From positions 1,240,001 through 1,304,000 of the forward strand of contig SMSO01000036.1 of NCBI GenBank assembly GCA_004764695.1: a DNA stretch of 64,000 bases. Direction: 5' to 3'. Positions 33,657-45,607 of this stretch are shown one piece after another. A program made the position numbers and the translations under genes. The DNA is from Schizochytrium sp. TIO01 (taxonomy: Eukaryota; Protista; Bigyra: Labyrinthulomycetes). The notes beneath the pieces are model-generated. The model saw nothing but the letters and a program-made list of their open reading frames with translations. It made no database searches and had not been told where the DNA came from. Numbering within the stretch: the first letter of the stretch is position 1; every line of letters begins with the position of its first letter.

Positions 33657-34712
33657 TCACACAGGTTGCACTTGAGCAGCGTTTTCCTGAAAACTACTAG
33701 CGGAAGTACCAGTAGATGCGGCCTCGGTCATGTTACTGTTTTGATACTTCAATTTGTCTACAATCTGGCGAACTTTAGAACCACGTTTTTTACTGTTCAC
33801 ATGAGTTTGGCGTTTCCAAATGGCCATTGTAATACTTGCTGCCGCCACAAGATTGGCGATCACATCAAGGGGCGCTAGGGCCCAATCGACCATGTACAAA
33901 GTATATAAGTGTAGTCCTTTTGATTCATTTGCCTGCACTATTATGCGAACCGTCGTGACTATAGTCAGCAGGATAAACGAAGTGACAATTGTGAAAGTGC
34001 CCCAGAAAAAGTTCTTATGAGCAACTCGATACAGTTTGGCTGTACTATCTGCTGATGCTTGTCCAGACTTGCTCATTACACGTGCTTGTTCATAAAGGGG
34101 GTAAACAAAAAGCACGAGAAATGCAGCGCAGAGCGTTGAGTCAGTGATCGCAACAAGAATACTGAGCCACCAGGGAAACGTCTGCACACAGACACCATTC
34201 GGTAAGAGCTTTCCTCGCAAGACAATGAACACGAGTACATTTGAAAGCAGCATGCCATAAGAACCCGCCATAGTGAGTAGACGAAGATTGCGCATGATTC
34301 GAGATTTTCCTGTGTCTACGATCTTTGCGCGTTGTAGGAATATCAAATAATTTGATGCGTGGCCAAGTACATAAAATGGTGATGGCAACGAGCCAGCGAA
34401 TGAACACCATGGCCACATCTCAGGCTCTATCCTTATTACTGACAAGACGAATATGCCTAAAAGGCAACAGTTTGCAGAGATAACATGCACTAGAAGCAAC
34501 AAGAATGTTTTTTTTTGTGCCGGATTGCGGCGTACCTGACGGCTTTGTTTCAAAATATATAATAGCAGCGAGGAAGCATAAGCCAGACCTAAGCCTGACA
34601 ATACTGACTGAGTAACCCTGAAATTAGTAAATGAACTTGTCTCCTCAAAGTCATCGTCCACAAGTACGGTCGTTGCTTTGCTCCGTACGACATATTCGCT
34701 CCAAAAGCTCAT
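33657..34712 (-). CDS. 7-TM GPCR-like receptor, array copy 1 (subfamily A)
   Basis: 351 aa with seven hydrophobic segments. Motifs WPWC, HASNYLIFLQR, LLPNGVCVQTFPWW, D..LFVYPL, KNFFWG, DWALAPLDVIAN. Paralogous to the other 8 copies. Confidence 0.8.
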   Translation of the reverse strand: MSFWSEYVVRSKATTVLVDDDFEETSSFTNFRVTQSVLSGLGLAYASSLLLYILKQSRQVRRNPAQKKTFLLLLVHVISANCCLLGIFVLSVIRIEPEMWPWCSFAGSLPSPFYVLGHASNYLIFLQRAKIVDTGKSRIMRNLRLLTMAGSYGMLLSNVLVFIVLRGKLLPNGVCVQTFPWWLSILVAITDSTLCAAFLVLFVYPLYEQARVMSKSGQASADSTAKLYRVAHKNFFWGTFTIVTSFILLTIVTTVRIIVQANESKGLHLYTLYMVDWALAPLDVIANLVAAASITMAIWKRQTHVNSKKRGSKVRQIVDKLKYQNSNMTEAASTGTSASSFQENAAQVQPV

Positions 34713-36856
34713 TGTAAATTTCCATCCAAAAGAAGCTCAAGGTCAAGGAAAATATTCTTGTGGTCCGGTCTTCAAACCGAAGGAAGTAGAAGGTTTGTTC
34801 TACCATAATCTAACAAAGTCAAAATGTTCCAGTAATCACATAATGAATAAAAGTAGGCGGTCAGAAGTTACTGTTTCTTTCAAGTTACAATCCTTTTATA
34901 TCAATACTTTTTTCAGAACAACAACTGTTAAATGAGTTCAAGTTATTGCCGCCATGCTGCTTTTGTAGTATTGCTGGCTGCACTTGAATGTTCTTTTTTG
35001 CCTTTGTTATTCAATTAAATAAAATTATACGTGTAAATAGCCGTTGACTCGATCGTACTTTTTAACACCATGGTATGGGGAAGCCGCATTAGTTAGAGGA
35101 ACAGCCTATCGAGATTGGCTGCGTTTCTTATAAAGAAGAAAATCAATTCAACGGCTCATCCAAATCTGTACTTGCAATTTTGAATTCAGATGTCTTTGTA
35201 TTTGCCAACGCAATATTTAATCGTTTTTATAACTTACTTATGCGATGAATATATGTGCTGATTCACATGTCAATCTTGAGACGTGGGCTTTCAGTGTTCA
35301 TGAGATAGAGGAATTCGTGGTAGTTAACCCCGCCCAATATAGATAGCTAACAAGAAAGTAATCGATGTTGGTTCACCTCGTTTTGTAAACTAAGGAAAAT
35401 TGTGGACAATCTCATTTAATTGAATATGTTATGTTCCTACTATTTATTTGGGACCACCACCCAACCCTAGGATATTTGATGCCCTTCCAATGATTTAAAC
35501 TGCCTTTATTTGCGTATTTACAAAGTTTTGGTAAACTGCGTACTGTAGTTAGGGGCGTGTTGTTCTCAACAATTATTGCTATAATGTTAGTACAACTCTA
35601 AGTGTTGAAAGATGAAAATGCTTAGTTAGATGCTGGCTAAGAGGATGGTCACTTGGGAAGCTTGCCAAACTCTGGCCTTTAGTTTTTGAATGGATAACAT
35701 GATGTTTCTGAAGATGAATTCCAGGACAGGCTATAACTAGGATACTAGGTTCAGGCATACTTAACGAGGTTAGATTAATCTTTTTTTCAAGCATCATTTC
35801 ATACTTCACCATACTTAATTCCAGGGCAAATTTATTTCTACTTTCAAATCTTGGCTATCTCGAGTTCAAGACTATGGAACTGGCTGTCTAGTCCTGGTCC
35901 TACCGGCTCCTTGAGTGTTTACAATGAGACGCACATATGTCTTGTCCACAAATTTATCAGTTGGGGATCTCAGCACTGAGGTGTTCCTCGAAAAGCAATC
36001 AACTCTGTATCTGCACATTTTCACTTGTTCTTCCGAAGAATTGATCACATTAGATGGTTATATGAATTTTAGAAAAAGATATCTTCTGTTCCTACTGTTA
36101 AAAAAATAGATCGATTATACATGTCTAATTATTTTTTATTTCTAGAAAATTGACTTTGCTCCTTTCAATGAACTTGTTTTATTTGAACAGCTAGGTATGT
36201 ATGCCGAAAAATATCAATACTTATATCAAAGTTTAGGATACCATTATTGAGTGTCTCTCTACAAGAATTATACGTGTGAAGATCAACAATTCTAAGATGG
36301 TGAGAATCCTTGCTAATCCTGTATCTAACGAAAGGACGCTGGATTACACGTACATCAGTATGAAAGAAGTCTGGGTGACAGCGATCAATACCCAAAAATG
36401 TGTTTAACACACAAATATGATTGCTGGATATAATGCTACTAAAAGCCAAATCTAATGGTTAATTGTTTACATGCTCATCTTACTTGACCCATTAAATAAC
36501 ATATGTTATGACCAAACCTAGTAAGTCAAATCCTAAACACGAATCATATTCATATTAAGCTTTACATCCGTTCCAACGTCAGCAGATTGTTAATCTAATA
36601 AGCTAAATCTAAATAAGTTTTTGAAGTCTCTTGTATGTATCTTACTAGCAAGTGTCGGTGTTTCTTACATCAGGACAGACTGCAAAAAGGTCTTTGCATG
36701 GTGTTTTTTACCTATCAATGCTGCTCATGCGAAATCGCAAGTTCTTCTCTTCGAAAGAAAATGAATATTAAATTCGAGACTAGACGTATCAAAATCCCCG
36801 ATATAATCCTCGTATCCTCTTTGAATTATCTTCTTTCGCTTTAAATTTTAATTCTG

Positions 36857-37882
36857 CTAAACAGCATCGCTGGTGTTTGATTTCCCGGTAGACGGAAGAG
36901 ATTCCAAAGGTACAACAGCATGTTTCGCTGACTTTAAAGAATTTACGGTATTAGCACGTGGCAGTCTTCGATGTTTTGAAGGTTTCCAAATTACGATAGT
37001 AATGTTACAAGCTGCAATCGCATTAGCCATCAAGTCGAGGGGGCCTATCGTCCAGTCGACAAGATAGAATCCATAAACACGCTCACCAGACCGCTCGTGC
37101 ATTTCAGTCAAAACCCGGATTGTTGTTGTAAGAACTAAGAAGATGAATGAGGTCGCAATTGTGAAAGAGCCCCACTTCAAATTTTTAAGAGCTACTTCCT
37201 TCAGTTTTTTACTACTTTCCGAGGATACGTTTCCATATGCACTCATTTTATTAGCTTGCTGGACTAGAGGATAGATGAACATAATTAGAAAGGCTAAGCT
37301 CAATGCAGAGTCTGCAATCGCGATAAGGATACTCAACCACCAAGGAAATGTCTGCACGCAGACATTGTTTGGAAGCAGAATTCCACGGAGGATTACAAAC
37401 ATGAAGCAATTAAAAGCCAACATGAAATAAGTTCCTAGCGTTGTAAACAAACGTAGCGCATTCATCAAAGATGAGTTCCCCAACTCTATGATCTTTGAGC
37501 GTTCCAGGAAAATCATATAATTCGCTGCATGGGCTAGAACATAGAGCGTAGCTGGAAGCGAAGCTAAAAAGGAACACCATTGCCAAGAGTCCGCACTTAT
37601 TTTAATAAGAGAAAGCAAAAACATCAAAAAGCTGCATATTACAGCTGCACCAAGATGAAACAGAAGATATTTGAAGATTTTGCTTTGCTTATCATTTCGG
37701 TGTACATACCTACTACTTCGAAGGACATAAATCAATATGGTAAGGCATACGAGCAGTGTGATACAGCAAAAAGTAGATTGGACAACTCGAAAATTAGTAA
37801 ACGATGATGTTTCCACAAAACCATCATCAACAATAACAGTAGTGGTTCTGTTCCTTACAACATTAGTTTCCCAGAAACTCAT
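36857..37882 (-). CDS. 7-TM GPCR-like receptor, array copy 2 (subfamily A)
   Basis: 341 aa. WQWC, HAANYMIFLER, LLPNNVCVQTFPWW, KNLKWG, DWTIGPLDLMAN. Confidence 0.8.
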   Translation of the reverse strand: MSFWETNVVRNRTTTVIVDDGFVETSSFTNFRVVQSTFCCITLLVCLTILIYVLRSSRYVHRNDKQSKIFKYLLFHLGAAVICSFLMFLLSLIKISADSWQWCSFLASLPATLYVLAHAANYMIFLERSKIIELGNSSLMNALRLFTTLGTYFMLAFNCFMFVILRGILLPNNVCVQTFPWWLSILIAIADSALSLAFLIMFIYPLVQQANKMSAYGNVSSESSKKLKEVALKNLKWGSFTIATSFIFLVLTTTIRVLTEMHERSGERVYGFYLVDWTIGPLDLMANAIAACNITIVIWKPSKHRRLPRANTVNSLKSAKHAVVPLESLPSTGKSNTSDAV

Positions 37883-40040
37883 GATTCAATTAAGCCTGCA
37901 TGCCACGACATCCAAAGAGATTTAGTTTTGCAGGGCGTGAGATCCTGTTTCAAAATGTTGTTATTTTTGGTGGTCTTGAACATAAGAAAGCATTAACGGG
38001 CTGTTACAGAGATGACTTTTATTCGTTTCAATTTCTTTTGATGATTCAAGCAGTGATTTCGAGAGCAAGGACTAGGTGAATATGAAGTAGTAGAGGAAGT
38101 TGCTGATGGTTAGCAAACTATCTTTGAATGAATTAGTGCTTCATTATTGGTTATCATGGCTGTGGCTAAATTTCGTTTCGTGAAATGAGTAAAATGGCAG
38201 GGTTTTTGCCCAGTAAAGGGAAGCAAGCTTTCAAAAAATCAAGAAAAGAAAAATTGTTTTGCTCGCAAGATCTTATCTTTTGTGCTCTTTATGCGGACGT
38301 TGTATGTATGACCCCTGTACTTGAAGCATCAGATTTCGTGCGTATTGACTGCAAATAAGTTACCGTTGAAATGCTTCTTTTCAGAAACGGTTGAATATGT
38401 CATCCAGATACTTGAAAGAACATGTTTCACACAAGAAGGGAAGAAAAAACAAGTGCACGCATCAATAATTGTCGTGAAAAAAAGGCAATATGAACATGAT
38501 TGAGAAGTATGCGTTGAACTGGTCAAAAAGACTCTTTGATGCTTAGTCTTCAGATGAACACATTGTGTTCTTATCTTATAATTTGACGAGGAAACAATAG
38601 AAATGTGATCCTATCGGTCTTTGAATTGAAGTAAAAGCTAATATTAAAGAAAGAAAGAAAGAAAGAACGATGATCGCCTCATTGAGTTCTACACAGATTT
38701 GCACTCTTTCAAACCTGGTAAGATTCTTGAACCAGTCGATGTCCGGCCACAACACATTGGTAGTGTGTTCTTCCTGTAAGATATTATGCATTGGCAAAGT
38801 AAGCAATACGTCTTTGAGATTATTTTCCAAATACAAGGCATCTAGGGTGAATAATGAGAGCAGCATTCAGAAGCACTCTAATTGCATTGAGGTCAGAGCC
38901 GTTAAACGATGTTCCAGAACAGTACCCAAGTAATATGCTTGATTTTTTTTTAATTTAATCAAAATAATCAAAATAAATATATATAGCTGATTCCCTACAT
39001 TAAAAATTAAAAGTTTACATAAAACAACTTTCTTGAAAAAATAAGTTTGATAAATATTAAATATTACTTTAATGTCAATTTCAATTTCAATTTCAATTTC
39101 AAAACAAAATATACATATGTACATATGCAACAACAGAGGAAAATGCAAGCTACCATCTGAACCTATGCCATGCGGTCAGTAAAGTTGTCCACAGCTATGG
39201 GTTGACTGACTTATGACGCTTAAATATTATAGAATCCGGAAAACATTAAAAACAATTAAAATTACTTGCAGTATTTTTATTTTTTTTCATTGATGGTATC
39301 GCAGCCACAAATTTATGTATCATAGTTTCTTGACCGTGCTCGACTTAGTCTTGCATTTGTGAACATATATCTAAGACATAGCTACCATAGCGGAGAGAGA
39401 TAATTTGTATCAAAAGACTAGACTGGCTTCAAAGTTCAAACTCCTTCGAAAATATAATAATTCGTTTGAGAGGCGACTAAGTTATCTTAATGAAGTCTTA
39501 GCTAATCTAAAATTAGAGCCAAAAAAACATTTCTCTCCTTATCGTTGTTTACGGCTCTTTAGAGGGACTTACACTATTCGAGTTCTCTAGCTGCGCTCTT
39601 TCTCGTTCCGTGCAGTGCGAACTGCTCCAGAAATTCACATCCCAGTATATTATCAAAAGATGGCGTAAAAGCCATATAAAAATTAAGTCAAGCGCAGTAG
39701 GTGCAATAGGTTATACCTTTAAATTATATTGGGTGAAAGAGAGCCAGGCTATGGATCTTTCTTCAAACATCGACCATTCTACTATAATCGTAAGTAATTT
39801 ATCATAAGAGTCTTGGGTGAATACTTTCATCTATTTGTATCATCCATTCTAACCTATGCGGGTGTCGCGCCATGTGCCAGTACCGAGTTGCACTTTAGCG
39901 AACGAATAGATATTCGTTTACGAAAGTCAGCATTCGTACTTTTGTGACATTATTACCTCGTCTCTTCGGTAACTTTGATAAATGGAACAACAAACTTTGA
40001 TTTAGTATAGGCGCTGATCTGTATAATATGAAGAAGCGCA

Positions 40041-40996
40041 ATGAGCTTTTGGAGTGAATACGTCGAGCGAAGTGAAGCAACGACTGTAGTTGTAGACGAT
40101 AAGTATGAGGACACGCGCACATCCAATAAACTCAGACTTTCGCAGACAATAGTTTCTAGCTTATGCCTACTTATAACTACTCTGTATTTTATTTATATTT
40201 TACATCAAAGTCGCCAGGTTCGCCGAAAACCTACGCAGAGAACCATATTCAAGCTCTTCGTTGGACATGTACTTTCAGCAAGTGTTGCAAATTTAGTAAT
40301 TCTTGTATTATCAGTGGTTAATATAGAATCTGATGCGTGGCGGTGGTGCTCTTTCCTTGGTTCACTCCCCTCACCATGCTATGTATTAAGTCATGGATGC
40401 AATTATTTGATTTTTCTTAAGCGATCGAAGACGGTTTACACAGGATCATCAAGATTGATGCGCCTTTTCAATCTATTTACATTATTTGGTACTTATGGTA
40501 TGTTGTTCACAAATGCATGCGTGTTCATTCTTTTGCGAGGGTTGCTATTACCGAATAATGTTTGCGTACAGACGTTTCCCTGGTGGCTCAGCGTCCTTAT
40601 TTTAGCTGCAGACACGTCGCTCACCACCGTATTCCTCTTCCTTTTCATTTACCCCCTTCGTCAGCAAGCTCATGCTTTGCGCACGTGTGGCCAAGGAATA
40701 GCAGATAGTACGAAGCGGCCCGTAACAACTTCGTTTGGGGCACATTCTCAATTTCCACTTCGTTTTGTATGCTGTTGATTACTACAGTGGTTCGTTTTAT
40801 CATCGAAATAAATCAGGCGAACGATCATAAATATGTTCTGTTTATGCTTGAATGGAGCCTAGCCCCTATTGATGCACTTGCTAACATGATTGCAGCAGCC
40901 CAGATCACAAGGGGTATCTGGAAACCTAAATTTTCTTTACATAAAGATTCCAACAATACAACGTTGAAAACCGGATCAATTCACTATTCGAAGTAG
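40041..40996 (+). pseudogene. 7-TM GPCR-like receptor, array copy 3 (subfamily A), inverted and frameshifted by a ~13-nt deletion at ~40717/40718
   Basis: ORF 40041-40778 matches copies 1/2 up to ...ADSTKR. The family sequence ARNNFVWGTFSISTSFCMLLITTVVR...EWSLAPIDALAN resumes in another frame and ends at TAG 40994-40996. Confidence 0.85.
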
Positions 40997-42072
40997 TTTG
41001 ATCTTTTGAGGGCAAGTGCTGCAGCTACTGTAGGCAATGATACAGCTTAGCGTCATCAATAAACTCATCGAATGGAAACCATTAATCTTTTGCGGACTCT
41101 GTGAGTCTATTGCTAATTGAGACTTATTCGAACTGTTTTTTAGTTTTGGATTGTCTCTTCTTAGCTCTGTCTTAGAGTATGACTTTTGTAAACTAATCCA
41201 CCAACACAAATTCAGGTTGATAAACCTGAATTTGTACCTTAAAAGCTCTGTAATTATCCCCAAATAAATGGGTGAGGGTTCTTTTTGCTCATATGCTCTC
41301 CATAACGATGTGCGTGTCGCTTGTAATAGAATGATCGTCCAGAAGAAAAAATGAAAAGACAAATTATCGCGTGTCCGGTTTCATAGTACATATTTGTTCT
41401 TTTTATCGATTCGTCATCTTAAAACATAATACCTACTGAGAGTGGATTCATGATGTACTCCTTTAAATCAAATCCCCAAGTTCTCTTTAAAATAAGTCTT
41501 GCCAGTACCATAGCAACCTTTGTTTACATCATCGATTCATCCTTGTATTGCACATTATATTTGTATCTGCACTTCTCTAAGTGCTTATGTAGTGCATACT
41601 AATGTACTCCTACGATCACACTGCCAATAATTGTTAATGAGCTACTCTTATCAATCAAGAAGCCAAGTCAAAGTATATAGCACTCAAATTTGCTCCTCAT
41701 GAAACCGATCCTCAACGTTTTTCTTCTGTAATTAGATCAAAATCGAACCAACGAAGCCACTTCACCACAAATTTAAATTTTGGTTTCCAATTGAGATTGA
41801 CTTTTCTATCAGCAAAACTTGAGTCTCCTTCATGTTTGGGAGACATCTAACACGTCTTTCCTTTGAACGTGCCAGATATCCATATATCCATGGAAGAGAC
41901 ATAAAACGTAGACGTAGCTCAGTCATCAGATTCAGCAACACCCTTTGTGAGAATACATATCATAAGATTGTTGATTTAGTTACATGTATCCCCTCTTCCC
42001 ATTCCTTTCCGCTTTACGACCTCAAAAGTGAGCATATGGACATAAGATCTTACTTTTCTAATTAGGTTTGTC

Positions 42073-43119
42073 TTAAACTGGTGTTATAGCAACATGGCTC
42101 TTAAGAACCGACTCATTGACAGAGTCTAGCATTTTCTTAGTACCTGCTACAAGGGGTGAAACTGCTGAACTTCGCCTACTTGGATTACTTCCATTGCTCT
42201 TTAAACCATTATTAGTCTTTTGCTTTCGAGCCCACACGCTGGAGGTAATTTTCAATGCCGCGACCATGTTGGTTATGATATCGAATGGGCCCATTGCCCA
42301 ATCGACAAAATATAGGGAATAGTTCTCATTCTCAGAATGATTTTTTAGAGCGATTCGTACAGCGGTAATAACGATTAACGAAGCAAATGTGGTACATATT
42401 GTTAGTGCGCCCCATAATAAATTTTTTCTTGCTAATTTCAGTAAAGGATCGGAGGTTTTCGAGGTTGCTTTGATCTTACTCATTGATTCTGCCTGTTTCC
42501 ATACAGGATATACAAATAGGACAAGGAAAGCTGCAGATACAGATGCATCGCCAGCCATAAGAAGGACAGGAAGCCACCATGGAAATGTCTGTACACATAC
42601 TCCATTTGGGAGCAAAATTCCTCGAAGGATCACAAACATAATTGGAATTGAGCACAACATAGCAACGGTTCCTGCTGCAGCATACTGCCAAATATATCGT
42701 AATCGTTTGGAGTCAAGAGCGCCCGCAACTTGAGCTCGATGGAGAAAGATTAAATAACTGAATCCGTGCGATAAGACGTAAGTCGTGGCGGGGAGCGAAG
42801 CCAAAGCAGAGCACCAAGCCCATCCGTTTTCTGAAAACGTAACAACACCCAATACGCACATGGAAAATGTGCATGCAATCATGGCAAGGAGGTGCCCAAT
42901 CAGGAGTTTCAATATACGGCTTTGCGAGGGACTCCGCTTTTGGTTCTTGCTTCGCAATAGAACAAGAATAAACGCAGAAAGTCCTAATACAAATGCTGTT
43001 CCTGTTGTGATTGACTGCATTCTACGCATCTTTCGAAATCCTTCTGTGACGGTGAACCCAGGAATTTGCTTGACTGTTGTCTCACGACTACGTCGCACGA
43101 ACTCCTCAATGAACGACAT
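42073..43119 (-). CDS. 7-TM GPCR-like receptor, array copy 4 (subfamily A, divergent)
   Basis: 348 aa. WAWC, HGFSYLIFLHR, LLPNGVCVQTFPWW, KNLLWG, DWAMGPFDIITN. Confidence 0.8.
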   Translation of the reverse strand: MSFIEEFVRRSRETTVKQIPGFTVTEGFRKMRRMQSITTGTAFVLGLSAFILVLLRSKNQKRSPSQSRILKLLIGHLLAMIACTFSMCVLGVVTFSENGWAWCSALASLPATTYVLSHGFSYLIFLHRAQVAGALDSKRLRYIWQYAAAGTVAMLCSIPIMFVILRGILLPNGVCVQTFPWWLPVLLMAGDASVSAAFLVLFVYPVWKQAESMSKIKATSKTSDPLLKLARKNLLWGALTICTTFASLIVITAVRIALKNHSENENYSLYFVDWAMGPFDIITNMVAALKITSSVWARKQKTNNGLKSNGSNPSRRSSAVSPLVAGTKKMLDSVNESVLKSHVAITPV

Positions 43120-44338
43120 TCTGGTGCGGGCTTTGTCTTACTCACACGCAATAGACCATGATTATCAATAAGAAATAGGTTTGCTCGAAATTCGTTTTCC
43201 AATTTATGCATTAGAATTAGAGCGGTTCGATTGTCGCACACACCTCAGAACGGTCCCTTTATAAAATATTTAATAATAGGTATTGTCTAGTATTCTTTCA
43301 GCTGTTCAGGCGCTTCTCCTCACGTCCTATAACTCCGCGAGAATTCTTCCCTGCATAGATTCGGCCCAACAAGAGGCTAAGAGTTCAATGCATATATGCC
43401 CCTTTGTTTTCGTGTTGCCTATCGTATGAATTTCATCTCCATTCGTATGGAAGGAGGTGGGTAATTCCATGGCTACAAGTTTTTTATGTTAGAAAAAAAA
43501 ATTAAAAGAAAATTCAACCAGTCTTACTTATGCTAACAATTATTAACAAGTGTTCACAAAGAAGAAAATTAGGAAAGAGCTGTAGATTTTTCTATTGAGT
43601 ACGTACTGTCTTATGTCTGGCATTAACTGCACCCACATCTCCACTGGAATTATCTGGATAGCTTGATAAGAAGTCATAGTATATACTCTTACCAGATGGT
43701 ATCAAGTAGCCAAGAAATAAATATCAAAATACAGCATTTATTAAACTAGCTTCAACACAAGCATACATTCTGATTAGGAATCTATAAGACTTCAGTTTTA
43801 AACTAGTAATAGCACACGACATGAAGCATATGTTTCAGTATGTAAAATATTACAGTAGCTGGTTGTCATGATTCGTCAGTAAGAACCGAATTGGAAAAGG
43901 GGCTATTTCTGGCAGAATCGAATTGAGGAAATTGCAAAGTCAAGCTCCGAAATGCAGCTACTCTAATTTACCTGATCAGAAATCAAAACCTTATTATTCA
44001 CAGGAAGCTTCAGCAATTTTTCAGTCATGCATGTACCTGTCATACTCTCCTTTGATGTGATTTGCGTGGGTTTAAAGTTTATACCTAACCATCCGACAGG
44101 CAGTTCATAGATCACGATTCGGAACCTAATCAAGAGTAATGTGTAATGTTTCAAGAGCCACCAGAAGCTACATAGAAAATATAGCACAAAATTTTAGCAA
44201 GAATAATAAGTTTATATTTTAAGAGCCTGATTGCAAAAAAATGAGTCCCAAATTCTTGTCAAAATCTACTGGCATGCAACGTTCCTTTGTTGATCAAACA
44301 TCTAAAATGTGCAAGCACACTTTCAGATATAAGTGAGC

Positions 44339-45355
44339 TCAAGAGCTTAAGCGTAGTGATGATCTGAACCCCTTTTGTGTTGCGAAATCCTTTGAAAACA
44401 ATACAATGCTTCTAATTACTGATTGGTGGCTTGCGCCTGGCATGACCCGAGTTGGCTGTACCTTCCAGACCGGGCTTGTAAGCTTCAAAGCTACGATCAA
44501 ATTGCATGTCGTCTCAAATGGACCAAACGCCCAGTCCAAAAGAGAAATTGAGTAAGAATCTCCACCCCGCCGTTGTAATATGAACGCGGACAAAATAACA
44601 ATGAGAATATATGAAATAGTTGACAATAACGACAAAGAACCCCATACTAGGTTTTTTTTTGCAATAAATAGTAATTTTTCGCCACTTTCAACCATAGCAA
44701 CTTGATCTTTCAAAAAGCGAGCCTGGGCTTGAACAGGCAAAACAAACAGAGCCATAAATGCTACACCTAATGGGACTTCAACGACAAGCACAATGATGCC
44801 TCCCCACCATGGATATGTGTGTGTACACACACCATTTGGCAGAAGCTCCCCGCGAACCATCGCAAAAATGAAGACTGTACCAACTACGGTTGTATAGGTC
44901 CCAATTACTGCTATGTGCATTGCCATGTTGACTATTGATGCTTGTGGCATGTTTCGAGAGACAATTTTAGACCGATGGAGAAAGATTAAGTCCGAAAAGC
45001 AGTGAGAAAGAGCATATGTAGTCGATGGAAATGACCCCAAGAATGCACAGGTTCTCCAATGCCCAATTCTCAGATGAATGGTTCCGAATAGTGCCATCAT
45101 AAAGTTCGTAATGATATTTGAAGAAATGTGCAAAAGCAATAACTTAAAAAGATAGGACTGCGTTTGCGTGCGTCTCACCGCACGACTATGCAGAAGAACA
45201 TAAATTGCAACAATAGTTGCAAAACCCAGTGCAAGAATTGAGCAGATTGCTTGCATTTTGCGCAAAGATTCAAAAGCTGCACTTTCTTCGAAGAGATCAT
45301 CTTCGATGACTGTGTTATTCCTTGATCGACTAAAGACATCCGAGATAACACGCAT
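44339..45355 (-). CDS. 7-TM GPCR-like receptor, array copy 5 (subfamily B, divergent)
   Basis: 338 aa. WRTC, HCFSDLIFLHR, LLPNGVCTHTYPWW, KNLVWG, DWAFGPFETTCN. Confidence 0.8.
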   Translation of the reverse strand: MRVISDVFSRSRNNTVIEDDLFEESAAFESLRKMQAICSILALGFATIVAIYVLLHSRAVRRTQTQSYLFKLLLLHISSNIITNFMMALFGTIHLRIGHWRTCAFLGSFPSTTYALSHCFSDLIFLHRSKIVSRNMPQASIVNMAMHIAVIGTYTTVVGTVFIFAMVRGELLPNGVCTHTYPWWGGIIVLVVEVPLGVAFMALFVLPVQAQARFLKDQVAMVESGEKLLFIAKKNLVWGSLSLLSTISYILIVILSAFILQRRGGDSYSISLLDWAFGPFETTCNLIVALKLTSPVWKVQPTRVMPGASHQSVIRSIVLFSKDFATQKGFRSSLRLSS

Positions 45356-45576
45356 GCTTCCTTCTCCACGACGCGATCAATGTGATAAATGAAATGAAAT
45401 GAACCTAGTAGTGCCTCCTTTTGGCACCCTTTTAGTGATAGCCATGCATTGCTGCAATATCCCTCCAACGATGCCGGATGCCCTGTCAGACACTGCTCTT
45501 GCAATGTTTGCAGGTTTGCAGGTTTACTGGCATGAACTACAGAAACGTTTCCTTTCAACGTCGAATTTACAATGCA

Positions 45577-45607
45577 AGAGAGAGCGAGAGAGAGAGAGAG
45601 AGAGAGA
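45577..45607. repeat. (AG)n microsatellite upstream of receptor copy 5
   Basis: Read directly; one interruption. Confidence 0.85.
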
